Virus record (IMG/VR): IMGVR_UViG_3300014205_000204
Coordinates: 20,485-84,484 of that record
DNA: 64,000 nucleotides
From: a virus
Lineage: Duplodnaviria; Caudoviricetes
Reading direction: 5' to 3' (one strand)
Shown here: in pieces, positions 1 to 9,086 of the stretch
Layout of the letters: every line of letters starts with the position of its first letter
Numbering within the stretch: the stretch's first letter is position 1
Notes under the pieces: model-generated
Database searches by the model: none
Told to the model about the DNA's origin: nothing
Seen by the model: the letters and a program-made list of their open reading frames with translations, nothing else
Translations under genes and position numbers: made by a program

Positions 1-336
1 TTCACGAACACGAGCGTCGGCACGCAGTGGCTGTTCATCACCAAGCCCGAGGCCAGGAAGCGCGGCATAGTGAAGGCTGTAGGCGACTCTGGTGACGATT
101 ACATCACACCGTCCGAGTCACTCACCCTGAAGGCCGCAACGGTCGCGCTCGTATCGAGCCTGGCCATCATCCTGCGCAACGCGTTCGGGATCGAGATGGC
201 CTCGGAGATGAGGACGGCAGTGTTGGACGGAATCTTTGCCTTCATCGACGTCGCCGCTATCTTTACCGTCATTTACGGTCGCATGAGAGCGACGAAACCT
301 GTGTCGCTATTCAGACCACGGGAGCCCAAGGAGTAA
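1..336 (+). CDS. 5'-truncated protein with holin-like two-TM C-terminus
   Basis: Frame open from base 1 (FTNTSVGTQWLF...) into the 70..336 ORF; two hydrophobic helices followed by IYGRMRATKPV basic tail. Confidence 0.55.
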   Translation, partial: FTNTSVGTQWLFITKPEARKRGIVKAVGDSGDDYITPSESLTLKAATVALVSSLAIILRNAFGIEMASEMRTAVLDGIFAFIDVAAIFTVIYGRMRATKPVSLFRPREPKE

Positions 337-344
337 TCACTTCT

Positions 345-367
345 GCCTCAGCCACAGCGGCTGGGGC
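345..367 (+). terminator. possible weak intrinsic terminator
   Basis: GCCTCAGCC-acagc-GGCTGGGGC hairpin after stop; T-tract poor. Confidence 0.35.
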
Positions 368-455
368 TTCTCGGTTTGAAGATCGACTTCAAAAAATCGG
401 ATATATTAGCGCCGTTTCGTGCCAAGACAAAAAACAAATCTTAATCAAAAACAAC

Positions 456-2615
456 ATGGTAACGGGCAATTCAAGGTTCGAGAAGCTCAGCACGAGACTT
501 CCCCTGCCTATTTCCGACATATCCCAGGCAACTGAGATAGTAAACCACAGTTACACCGCCACCCTGACAGCAGGGTCCGCCGGCGAGCTGGGGTACCTCC
601 AGCTTCCGTTCGGTCCGGTAGCAGCCGCACTCGGCGACAGGATCGGAACTTCGTACGACACGTCGTTGGTTTTTACGGGAACAGCTTTCGGCACTGAGGT
701 GAGCTTCACCGAGCTTAACAACAGGTCAGCGGTAACGTACGTCGACCAGGACGCTGCGGAGACTTCCGTATCCCTCTATAATGAGCTGGACGACGGGGAG
801 TATGTCGTCATCTATGAGACCGGCAAGGTCATCTACATGAGGGACAGCAACGCCGGGACGATAGCCGTCACTTATAAGTACCGCCGTTCGGTGAGCGGAG
901 TAGGAGTCACGTTTGAGGGTGACATCGAGGTCGGCGCCGTCGAGATCAAGGACGGCGTTACCGACACTCGAGCGGTAGTAGGCGCAAACGGCCTTTATGT
1001 CGACGTCCAGGCATCCGCGCTTCCCGCGGGAGCCGCGACGGAAGCGACTCTCTCGTCCATCGACGGGAAGATCGTCGCCTGCGACACGACTAACCTCGCT
1101 ACCGAAGCCACAGTCGGAGACGTGAAGACAGCCGTCGAGCTGATCGACGATGCAATCTACACAAACAGCACTGGTACCCCTTCCAAGGGTCTGCTCATCA
1201 TGGGAAGCGACGGCACCAACCCGCAGGCTCTCAAGGTGAATAGCGACGGCGAGCTGGCCGTCAACCTCGAGACTGCCGACATCGAGATCGGCGCCGTCGA
1301 GATCAAGAACAGCACCGACGACACCAGAGCCACGGTCGGGGCGAACGGACTCTACGTTGACGTCCAGGCTTCCGCATTGCCTACCGGCGCTGCGACCGAA
1401 GCTACTGTCGCCACTCTCGCCACGGAAGCCACTCTTTCTGCGTTGAACGGCAAGGTTACCGCGTGCGACACAGGTTCTGTTACCGTCGCTTCTTCGGCAC
1501 TGCCGACAGGCGCCGCGACGGAAGCTACTGTCGCCACTCTCGCAACGGAAGCTACGCTTTCCTCATTAAACGGCAAGGTTACCGCGTGCGACACTGGTTC
1601 TGTCACCGTCGCTTCCTCAGCGCTTCCGACAGGCGCCGCCACCGAAGCTACTGTCGCCACTCTCGCAACGGAAGCCACGCTCTCTGCGTTGAACGGCAAG
1701 GTTACCGCGTGCGACACAGGTTCTGTTACTGTCGCTTCCTCAGCTCTTCCGACAGGAGCGGCTACCGAGGCAACCCTATCGACTATCGATGCCGACACCT
1801 CGTCGTTGGCCGGGTGCGTAGCTGGCACAGAGGTACAGGTAGACGTCGTAAGCTCAGCGCTTCCGACAGGAGCGGCCACCGAGGCTACACTATCGACTTT
1901 GAACGGCAAGGTTACCGCGTGCGACACAGGTTCTGTTACCGTCGCTTCCTCAGCTCTTCCGACAGGAGCGGCCACCGAGTCCACTCTCGCTACCATTGAC
2001 GCTGACACGTCAGCGTTGGCCGGCTGCGTCGCCGGTACCGAGGTACAGGTAGACGTAGCGTCCATTGCCGCCGGAGACAACAACATCGGAAACGTGGACA
2101 TCGTAAGCCTCCCTGCTGGCAACATCGGGCAGCAGGCCATGGCAGCATCCCTATCCGTAGTCCCGGCCAATAACATCACGGATGCCACCTACATCGGCGA
2201 CATCAAGTTCGGCGAGGCGCTGCCTGCCGGTACCGCTTCCATTGGCACCGTAGGGGAGTCTACGACACCCATCTGGTCAGTCGACCAGTCCGCTGCCCTC
2301 GAAGCTTCCAGTGTGGCTAAGGCATCTGCCGGCGTCATCAGGGAGTTCGACGGGCGCATCGACAGCACGGCGCCGTCCGCCACATACTACATCCAGTTCC
2401 TTGATGCCGCGTCGCTGCCTGCAGATGGGGCAGTCACCATGCTACGCACGCCTGTCAAGGTCATCCACACGACTGGGGCCGACAGCCTCGTGGCAGTCGA
2501 CTTCCTGGCAAACGGGCTGACCGCCTCGTCAGGCATCGTCTGGTGTATCTCCAGCACCGAGTTTATTAAAACGGTCGGGGGCAACTACGTCTCCGCCACC
2601 GTTCGCTTCGTCTAG
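456..2615 (+). CDS. virion fibre-like protein with internal tandem repeats (719 aa)
   Basis: Ala/Thr-rich; seven SALP(T/A)GAATE motifs; lies in structural module. Confidence 0.7.
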   Translation: MVTGNSRFEKLSTRLPLPISDISQATEIVNHSYTATLTAGSAGELGYLQLPFGPVAAALGDRIGTSYDTSLVFTGTAFGTEVSFTELNNRSAVTYVDQDAAETSVSLYNELDDGEYVVIYETGKVIYMRDSNAGTIAVTYKYRRSVSGVGVTFEGDIEVGAVEIKDGVTDTRAVVGANGLYVDVQASALPAGAATEATLSSIDGKIVACDTTNLATEATVGDVKTAVELIDDAIYTNSTGTPSKGLLIMGSDGTNPQALKVNSDGELAVNLETADIEIGAVEIKNSTDDTRATVGANGLYVDVQASALPTGAATEATVATLATEATLSALNGKVTACDTGSVTVASSALPTGAATEATVATLATEATLSSLNGKVTACDTGSVTVASSALPTGAATEATVATLATEATLSALNGKVTACDTGSVTVASSALPTGAATEATLSTIDADTSSLAGCVAGTEVQVDVVSSALPTGAATEATLSTLNGKVTACDTGSVTVASSALPTGAATESTLATIDADTSALAGCVAGTEVQVDVASIAAGDNNIGNVDIVSLPAGNIGQQAMAASLSVVPANNITDATYIGDIKFGEALPAGTASIGTVGESTTPIWSVDQSAALEASSVAKASAGVIREFDGRIDSTAPSATYYIQFLDAASLPADGAVTMLRTPVKVIHTTGADSLVAVDFLANGLTASSGIVWCISSTEFIKTVGGNYVSATVRFV
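1371..2060 (+). repeat. intragenic tandem repeats (3 x 123-bp unit plus related partial units)
   Basis: 41-aa unit SALPTGAATEATVATLATEATLSALNGKVTACDTGSVTVAS near-identical three times, then alternating derived units. Confidence 0.9.
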
Positions 2616-2620
2616 CTCAT

Positions 2621-3193
2621 ATGGCTACTGAAATCACCCGTGAGGCCGGCTACATGCACGATGACCAGCTTGGCGACGTGCAGACCGCCCTCACGGGGGC
2701 GTCCCAGTACACCGAGGCCCAGGTGGGGGACACGGGGTTCATTATTCCGTGGCTTGCCGCAGGCGCTGACGACTACGTCCAGCAGAAGCTCCAGTTCAGC
2801 CACCGGAAGGCACTGGGGACGGCGATTGAGTCAATCCATGTCCATTACCTGCTGTCCGCCCAGCCGACAGCCGGCCAGACGGTTAAGCTCGACTACAAGT
2901 ACGCGTGGGTCGACTTTGGGGCGGCAGTCCCGGCTCTCGTCTCCTGGACGGGAGACACGAAGACGATTACGTTCACCGGAAGCGAGGCGGCCAATACCCA
3001 CTATGTCTCCGACATTGTCGAGGACATAGGTCCCCTGAGCGGGGAGCATAACTCGTCGATCCTGCTGGTGAAGGTGACGCGTAATTCAGCAGGTGACGGC
3101 GCGGATACCTATACGGGAAACTTCGGCCTGCTGTACATGGACGCACACTTCCAGACCAACCGATTAGGGTCGGCTAACGAGTACACCGATTAG
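2621..3193 (+). CDS. putative virion structural protein (190 aa)
   Basis: Beta-rich ORF in structural operon, typical codon bias. Confidence 0.6.
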   Translation: MATEITREAGYMHDDQLGDVQTALTGASQYTEAQVGDTGFIIPWLAAGADDYVQQKLQFSHRKALGTAIESIHVHYLLSAQPTAGQTVKLDYKYAWVDFGAAVPALVSWTGDTKTITFTGSEAANTHYVSDIVEDIGPLSGEHNSSILLVKVTRNSAGDGADTYTGNFGLLYMDAHFQTNRLGSANEYTD

Positions 3194-3203
3194 GTGACGA
3201 CAT

Positions 3204-3410
3204 ATGGACATCCAAAGCATCACGTCATTAGTTGACCTCGGGCTGGGCCCGCTGGCCTTCGTCGCCCTCCTGTACGGTGGGTGGAAGATCATCTGCGGCC
3301 TCCAGACGATGAACACGAACCACTTGACCCACATCCAGGATGGCCTTACGAAAATGAATGAGAAGATGGATATACTCATCTCGCACTTCATGGACGAGGG
3401 CAAGAAGTAA
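3204..3410 (+). CDS. small membrane protein, holin/XhlA-like
   Basis: One TM helix then coiled-coil NHLTHIQDGLTKMNEKMD. Confidence 0.55.
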   Translation: MDIQSITSLVDLGLGPLAFVALLYGGWKIICGLQTMNTNHLTHIQDGLTKMNEKMDILISHFMDEGKK

Positions 3411-3421
3411 CCAAGAACAAC

Positions 3422-3565
3422 ATGGCCAACAGAAACCAAGTCCAGGTGGGGCAGAGGACGTACGTGCCTACGAGAGGCGGATGCAGTACGGAATCCCTCA
3501 TGCTCATGGAGACAGGCGACACTATCCTGCTTGAGTCCGGCGACAGCCTCATCATGGAGGACTAA
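3422..3565 (+). CDS. 47-aa protein (not in ORF track)
   Basis: ATG3422..TAA3565; LMLMETGDTILLESGDSLIME motif of small phage proteins that precede fibre genes. Confidence 0.6.
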   Translation: MANRNQVQVGQRTYVPTRGGCSTESLMLMETGDTILLESGDSLIMED

Positions 3566-3587
3566 TCAAAAATAAAAAAGAGACAGA

Positions 3588-5477
3588 ATGGCAAACACAA
3601 AAATCTCGGCGATGACTGCAGCCTCGTCAGTGACGGGAGCGGAGTACGTGCCGATAGTCCAGGGAGGAGCGAACAAGAAGGCAACTGTCGACGTTATTCT
3701 AGGAGAGGTGCTGCTCACGGGTACGACTCCGACGAACGGGGCAGCGGAACAGCCAGCGGTCAAGGCGAGCGGCACGATAGATAATCTGTCCGGATCGTCG
3801 GATGGGGACACGGTTACCGTGGGTACTGGGACTTACACAAGGCATTATGACCCTGGCATACCTGGCGTAGCCGCCTCCGGGTTCGTCGTGGGTGTCAGCG
3901 GTGCCATCGCGGCGGACACGGTCACCGTGGGTAGCGTGCAGTACACGGCAGCCGGGGGTGCCGGGGGTACGTGGGAAGAGAAGTCTACGCAGACAGGTAT
4001 CGGAAGTAAACAGCTTTCTTTCGGTGGGGACAACGTGGCTTTTGTACCGGGTGGTGAGGCCATATACACGAGCAGTGATTTCGGCACCACTTGGGATAAC
4101 GACTATGTAGCTAACGCATACCTGACGTCCGTATCGGTGTCGGAAGACGGTACGAAGATGGTAATGGGTGGTTATGAGAATAATATGGACACAGGCTCCT
4201 ACCTGTATATGGGTCCTGTCAATGCTCAAGGCCCATTCAACCGTTTCATGGTAAACAGTGAACAAGAGTTGGTACAGGGGTCTTGCATATCTGCAGACGG
4301 GGCGGTCGCGTATGCTGGTGTAGGAAATTACATGAATTACATGTCAGCCTTAGGAGTCTATAAGACCACAGACAGTGGGGTGAACTGGTCTATTGTCAGA
4401 TCGTCACTGGCAGACAACATCTTTAGCAATTCCCTAAATGTCGCCTGCGACGCCGATGGTTCAGTAGTCATCTACTCTGATTGGGAAAGCTCTACTCCAT
4501 ACGGAAGGATATTCAAGTCGGCGGATTCCGGTTCCACTTGGGCAGAATTGCAGCCGCTTGGCGATACGGACCATAATTGGAAGGCAATAGGTTGCAACTC
4601 AGACGGCAGCGTCATAGTCGCCTGTGAGAATAACGGGTATGTCTACATCTCCATAAATGGTGGTACGGACTGGACGACGCTGAAGAGTCAGACTGCTACA
4701 TGGACGAACGTCAGGGTAAGCGATGACGGTCAGAAGATACTCTTAGGAATTTTTGCAGGGACGGTCTACAAGACAGAAAACCAGGGGTCGACGTGGACCA
4801 CTGAACCTGTTACCGGTAACGCCATCGAAGCAAATTCCGATTTCAGTAGGATGGCCGCAGCGGATACTGTCAGTGGCACTTACCTGTACGATTCTAGCGC
4901 TACCCTTCAGTGGCTCAACGGGTCAGCTTCCCCGTACTCCACGCTCGCCGAAGCCATCATTTCCGACAACACCGACATCACGGCCGTGACGAATGCGGAC
5001 AACGTTGACCTGACGGCAAGCGTCGCCGGAGCCGCGGGCAACAGTCTTCCCCTCACCCTCGGCGTAGGGAACACGGGGACAATGTCAGTCTCGCCTGTCT
5101 CGGGACACCTTGAAGGAGGCGTCGACGGTATTCCCGGGCAATACGACGAGTGGCTGAACGGCTCGGCTCAAGGCTTCGGCTCGTTAGCCGACGCCATTCT
5201 CTCTGACAATGCCGACGTGGATGCAGTGCTTGGTGGCAACCAGGTTGACCTGTCTGCCAAGGTGGCTGGCATCGCTGGCAACGACCTCAGTCTCACCACT
5301 ATGTCCGGCAGCATCACGCTAACCCCGGACGACGGGTCCCTCGACGGTGGCTCGGATGTTATTCCCGCTATTCCACCAACCGCAGGCAAGTTCGCCTGCG
5401 ACGGTAACGATTTGTACGTGAACAACGGCACTGACGAGAGCCCGAGCTGGGTGAACGTCACGAACAACATGATGTAA
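3588..5477 (+). CDS. tail fibre/receptor-binding protein with BNR/Asp-box beta-propeller
   Basis: MANTKISAM start; repeated S-x-D-x-G-x-(T/N)-W motifs (SSDFGTTW, TTDSGVNW, SADSGSTW, SINGGTDW, TENQGSTW). Confidence 0.75.
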   Translation: MANTKISAMTAASSVTGAEYVPIVQGGANKKATVDVILGEVLLTGTTPTNGAAEQPAVKASGTIDNLSGSSDGDTVTVGTGTYTRHYDPGIPGVAASGFVVGVSGAIAADTVTVGSVQYTAAGGAGGTWEEKSTQTGIGSKQLSFGGDNVAFVPGGEAIYTSSDFGTTWDNDYVANAYLTSVSVSEDGTKMVMGGYENNMDTGSYLYMGPVNAQGPFNRFMVNSEQELVQGSCISADGAVAYAGVGNYMNYMSALGVYKTTDSGVNWSIVRSSLADNIFSNSLNVACDADGSVVIYSDWESSTPYGRIFKSADSGSTWAELQPLGDTDHNWKAIGCNSDGSVIVACENNGYVYISINGGTDWTTLKSQTATWTNVRVSDDGQKILLGIFAGTVYKTENQGSTWTTEPVTGNAIEANSDFSRMAAADTVSGTYLYDSSATLQWLNGSASPYSTLAEAIISDNTDITAVTNADNVDLTASVAGAAGNSLPLTLGVGNTGTMSVSPVSGHLEGGVDGIPGQYDEWLNGSAQGFGSLADAILSDNADVDAVLGGNQVDLSAKVAGIAGNDLSLTTMSGSITLTPDDGSLDGGSDVIPAIPPTAGKFACDGNDLYVNNGTDESPSWVNVTNNMM

Positions 5478-5545
5478 GAGTGGAAGGCCGCTTCCGCGCC
5501 AACCCGCGGGAGCGGCCGCACCCTCGAAATAACGCAATAACACCC

Positions 5546-5773
5546 ATGGCAAAAACAGAATCCAAGAAGGCCGAGGCCGTCCGCAAGGCCAAGAGCTCCA
5601 AGAGGAGCACGGCTTCCAGGAAGGCCGCGCTGAAGCGCGTAGGCCAGGCAAAATCCACCGGTAACTTCGAGAGAATCTCCGAGAAGGCCGCGAAGAGGTA
5701 CGGTTCCAAGGAGATCAGCGACAAGATCGCCGGCAAGGTCTACTGGGAGAAGGTCAGGCGCTTAGGCAAATAA
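5546..5773 (+). CDS. small highly basic protein (possible core/DNA-binding)
   Basis: ATG5546 in the 5480 frame; K/R/A-rich, KAAKRYGSKE motif. Confidence 0.65.
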   Translation: MAKTESKKAEAVRKAKSSKRSTASRKAALKRVGQAKSTGNFERISEKAAKRYGSKEISDKIAGKVYWEKVRRLGK

Positions 5774-5785
5774 GCGACCACTCAC

Positions 5786-6094
5786 ATGCCTGCTACACAA
5801 TACGTCGTCGAGTGGACGACAGACGTCGACTCGGACTCCCGCGTCGACTACGGCCTGGATACTGATTACGGCAACTTCATCTATCATGCCGAGCTGACCA
5901 AGAACCACTCGGTCACCCTTGCCGACCTGATCCCGACCTACACCTACCATTTCAAGACGACGTCAGTCGGGGTCGACTTTAATGAGGTCTCGGCCGACCA
6001 GACTTTCGTCACTACCTTCACGCTCGACGAGGCATCAAGCCTCGCGGGAACCACGAACTCGCCATCAGGGTCGAACTTCGCTGGGTTAAGCTAA
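5786..6094 (+). CDS. fibronectin type III-like virion protein
   Basis: VEWTTDVDSDSRVDYG...HSVTLADLIPTYTYHFK FN3 pattern. Confidence 0.7.
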   Translation: MPATQYVVEWTTDVDSDSRVDYGLDTDYGNFIYHAELTKNHSVTLADLIPTYTYHFKTTSVGVDFNEVSADQTFVTTFTLDEASSLAGTTNSPSGSNFAGLS

Positions 6095-6103
6095 AAAATA
6101 TCC

Positions 6104-7204
6104 ATGCCTATCCTCCGAGCAGATAATAGGCTGTTGACCAAGTCTCAGCCTTACACGTTCACGGTCGGTAACCTCGCGTCAGGGGTCAATGCCGTCGCCG
6201 CCGCTAGGGTGATGGATTCCGGGTTCTCCGCCGATGACTTCATCCTCGTCGGCGAGATGGGCACGGAAACTGCCGAGATCGTGCAGATCGACAGCTTCGG
6301 CACGTCAACCTTCAACCTGAACGGCACTACGTCATTCGCCCACCCCGACACTACCCGCGTCACCCGCGTCCCGTACGACAAGGTACAGTTCTACTGGACT
6401 GCCACGGACACGTTCGACACCGATAATCCGGTCGGGGCAGCCGTGACGGTCCATACCGATTCCTGGTACACGCAAGTGGATGACACGTCCCATTCCACGG
6501 GGTACGGGTGGGCGGTGTTCCTCAATTCCGACAGCGGCGACATCGCGGCTTCAACGTCGCCGATACCGTACTCCAACTTCTCGCGCCGAACCGTCAAGCG
6601 GGTCCTCGATTCATTCTGGATGACGCTTGGTTCCACCGACCGCAAGCACGTCACCCTCGACATGGCCATGGAGTGGCTGAACGAGGCGTACGACAAGGTC
6701 AGCAACGCCTACGGCATGGTCAACGAGGATCATGCCTCGTCCGACGGCACCGACACCATAGCCGTCGTGTCCGGCACATCTAAGTACCTCCTGCCGGAGG
6801 ACTTCGACGAGATGCTGTACATGACAGTCGACGGCACTAGGCTTGATCCCACGCCGTCGCGCGACACGTACGACAGCGGCGACTGGATTGACACTCGCTA
6901 CACGATCCGCGGGCAGTACATCGAGTTCTCCCCCGCGCCGACGTCGGACTACACCGTCACCTACAGGTACCAGAAGCTCCAGGCTGAGCTGACGTCATAC
7001 CACCAGGTAATCGACCTGCCGAAGCGCGGCTTCAACATCCTCAAGGACTACATGCTCTTCCGCGCCTCCACGGCGACCAAGCGTCCGGACCTTGCCGCGC
7101 ACTACGCGCTCTTCGACAATGAGGTCAAGGAGATAGTGGCCCAGGCGATCAACCTGGATAATTCCATGGACTCGTTCGGAATCTCCGACCAGGCCTGGAG
7201 CTAA
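6104..7204 (+). CDS. head-tail adaptor / tail tubular A-like protein
   Basis: C-terminal half with YLLPEDF...IEFSPAP...YRYQ pattern; position before nozzle-like gene. Confidence 0.6.
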   Translation: MPILRADNRLLTKSQPYTFTVGNLASGVNAVAAARVMDSGFSADDFILVGEMGTETAEIVQIDSFGTSTFNLNGTTSFAHPDTTRVTRVPYDKVQFYWTATDTFDTDNPVGAAVTVHTDSWYTQVDDTSHSTGYGWAVFLNSDSGDIAASTSPIPYSNFSRRTVKRVLDSFWMTLGSTDRKHVTLDMAMEWLNEAYDKVSNAYGMVNEDHASSDGTDTIAVVSGTSKYLLPEDFDEMLYMTVDGTRLDPTPSRDTYDSGDWIDTRYTIRGQYIEFSPAPTSDYTVTYRYQKLQAELTSYHQVIDLPKRGFNILKDYMLFRASTATKRPDLAAHYALFDNEVKEIVAQAINLDNSMDSFGISDQAWS

Positions 7205-7211
7205 AAACGAC

Positions 7212-9080
7212 ATGGACCAGCAACTAACTTCAATCCGCGCCCTTGACGGCATAAACTCATATGCCTCCCCGAACCTGTCGAAGGCCGGGGAGTTTCGGCA
7301 CATGGAGAACGCCACCTGCGACCAGGCCGGCACCGTCAAGACGGCCAAGGGATCGACGCAACTTGGCGACGACGGGACCTCCCATTTCGCGGGCGGTATT
7401 TTTCGTTTTCCGAACGAGTACACGTCCAGCATCAGCGGGTCGCCGAGCGGCAACTGCGGCCTTTACAGGGTCGTCGGGGACGGAAACGGCACCATCCAGT
7501 ACCTAGATTTCGACTATACGACATGGGTACCGCTCGCCGGACACGGCACTAACATAGGATATGAGCTGGAGTACTCCCTGCTGTCGTCGTGCATCGCCGA
7601 CGGGTGCCTGTACGTTGCCGGGGGTGACGTCCCCATCCGCTACGTCATGCCAGACGGCACTACCACGTACGTGGCCCCCGGGGGTAACCTCAACGGGGCC
7701 CCTGAAGGAAGGAAGATCGCCTACTACAAGGGCCGCCTCTACATCGGCGACTATTGGCTAGAGATCGATGGCACGCCGCGCTGGTTCCACGACCACGTGC
7801 GCTTCTCCTCGACCCTTCTCGGCATCGTGTCCCTCGTGGAGGGCGACTTCGCCGCGGGAGCCACGACGCTGAACGTGTCGGACACCAAGTACATCCTCGC
7901 GACGGACACCCTCGAGGTGTGGCGAGGGTCTACCTTGATAGAAACGCTCACGGTCACCGGGAAGTCCGAGGCGACCGGGACGTACACGATCACCGTCAGC
8001 GCCACTACGGCCGACATCCTCAGTTCCGACGAGCTGTGGGTCAGCGGCACCCACGACCTTGACGCCGACCGAGTCTTCCGCTGGGCGGACGCCGGCATCG
8101 GCAACGAGGAGATGAAGCGCTACGACGACTTCGTCCTGCCCGGCGTGGAGGGCGCCAACTCGATAAACACGCTCTGCGTCGTCGGCGACTACCTGGCGAT
8201 AGCGTCCAGGGACAGTTTCGCGTGGTGGGACACCTACAGGCTCACTGGATCCGGTTTGGGCATCGGCGTCTGCTCGCCGAACGGCTTCGTATCGGCCTTC
8301 GGAAGCGGATACGGCCTGGACTATACCGGCGTCTACCAGTGGACTCCCGGATCTGCGTCCCCGAAGGTAATATCCACGCCTGTCGAGGCATACATCACGG
8401 GCGCCAAGAAGACCGACATTGAGAGGGCATCGTCCGTAAGGTCAGGCTTCCACCTCATGTGGCACCTGGGCGAGGTGACGCTCTACAAGGCAGACGGTTC
8501 GGTCGACAAGGTAATAGAAAACTGCACGATTGACTACGACATCCGCCTGGACAACTGGTACGTCCATACGGACAAGGCCATGGACTTCATGTGCAACTGG
8601 TCGGAGGGCGAGAGGGCCAACGCGATCGCCTACCTCCAGCACGAGAGGCAGGTGCCTTACGTCGTCAAGGCGTTCGAGGCATTTTACGGGGACAAGGAGG
8701 ACGACGGCAGCTCCAGCGAGGAGGAGGTCTTCTTCCGCGCGGACACCGTGCCGATCCAGCTGTCCTCGACTCCGGACACCATCGCCTACCCGTCGGCGGT
8801 AGTCATCGAGTGCGACAGGGGCAGCGGCGGGCAGGTGTTCGCCAGGCTCGACGAGGGGGAGTGGTATCAGCTGAAGGGAGAGTTCAACAAGGGCGTGAGC
8901 GTCATACCGGTGACCTCCCCTAACCCCGACGAGCTTACCCCGCCGAAGTGCCGCAGGATATCGTTCTCGCTAAGGCACTCGATGCCGAACGGCACGCGGG
9001 TGACCTCGCTTTCCGTGAGGTTCGCGCAGTCCCTCGAGGACGCTGACGGGCTGCAGATCGAGTCGAACATCACCCAATAG
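7212..9080 (+). CDS. tail tubular B / P22 gp10-like stabilisation (nozzle) protein
   Basis: 622 aa beta-propeller-like (IAYYKGRLY motif); synteny after adaptor. Confidence 0.65.
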   Translation: MDQQLTSIRALDGINSYASPNLSKAGEFRHMENATCDQAGTVKTAKGSTQLGDDGTSHFAGGIFRFPNEYTSSISGSPSGNCGLYRVVGDGNGTIQYLDFDYTTWVPLAGHGTNIGYELEYSLLSSCIADGCLYVAGGDVPIRYVMPDGTTTYVAPGGNLNGAPEGRKIAYYKGRLYIGDYWLEIDGTPRWFHDHVRFSSTLLGIVSLVEGDFAAGATTLNVSDTKYILATDTLEVWRGSTLIETLTVTGKSEATGTYTITVSATTADILSSDELWVSGTHDLDADRVFRWADAGIGNEEMKRYDDFVLPGVEGANSINTLCVVGDYLAIASRDSFAWWDTYRLTGSGLGIGVCSPNGFVSAFGSGYGLDYTGVYQWTPGSASPKVISTPVEAYITGAKKTDIERASSVRSGFHLMWHLGEVTLYKADGSVDKVIENCTIDYDIRLDNWYVHTDKAMDFMCNWSEGERANAIAYLQHERQVPYVVKAFEAFYGDKEDDGSSSEEEVFFRADTVPIQLSSTPDTIAYPSAVVIECDRGSGGQVFARLDEGEWYQLKGEFNKGVSVIPVTSPNPDELTPPKCRRISFSLRHSMPNGTRVTSLSVRFAQSLEDADGLQIESNITQ

Positions 9081-9086
9081 AAAAAT

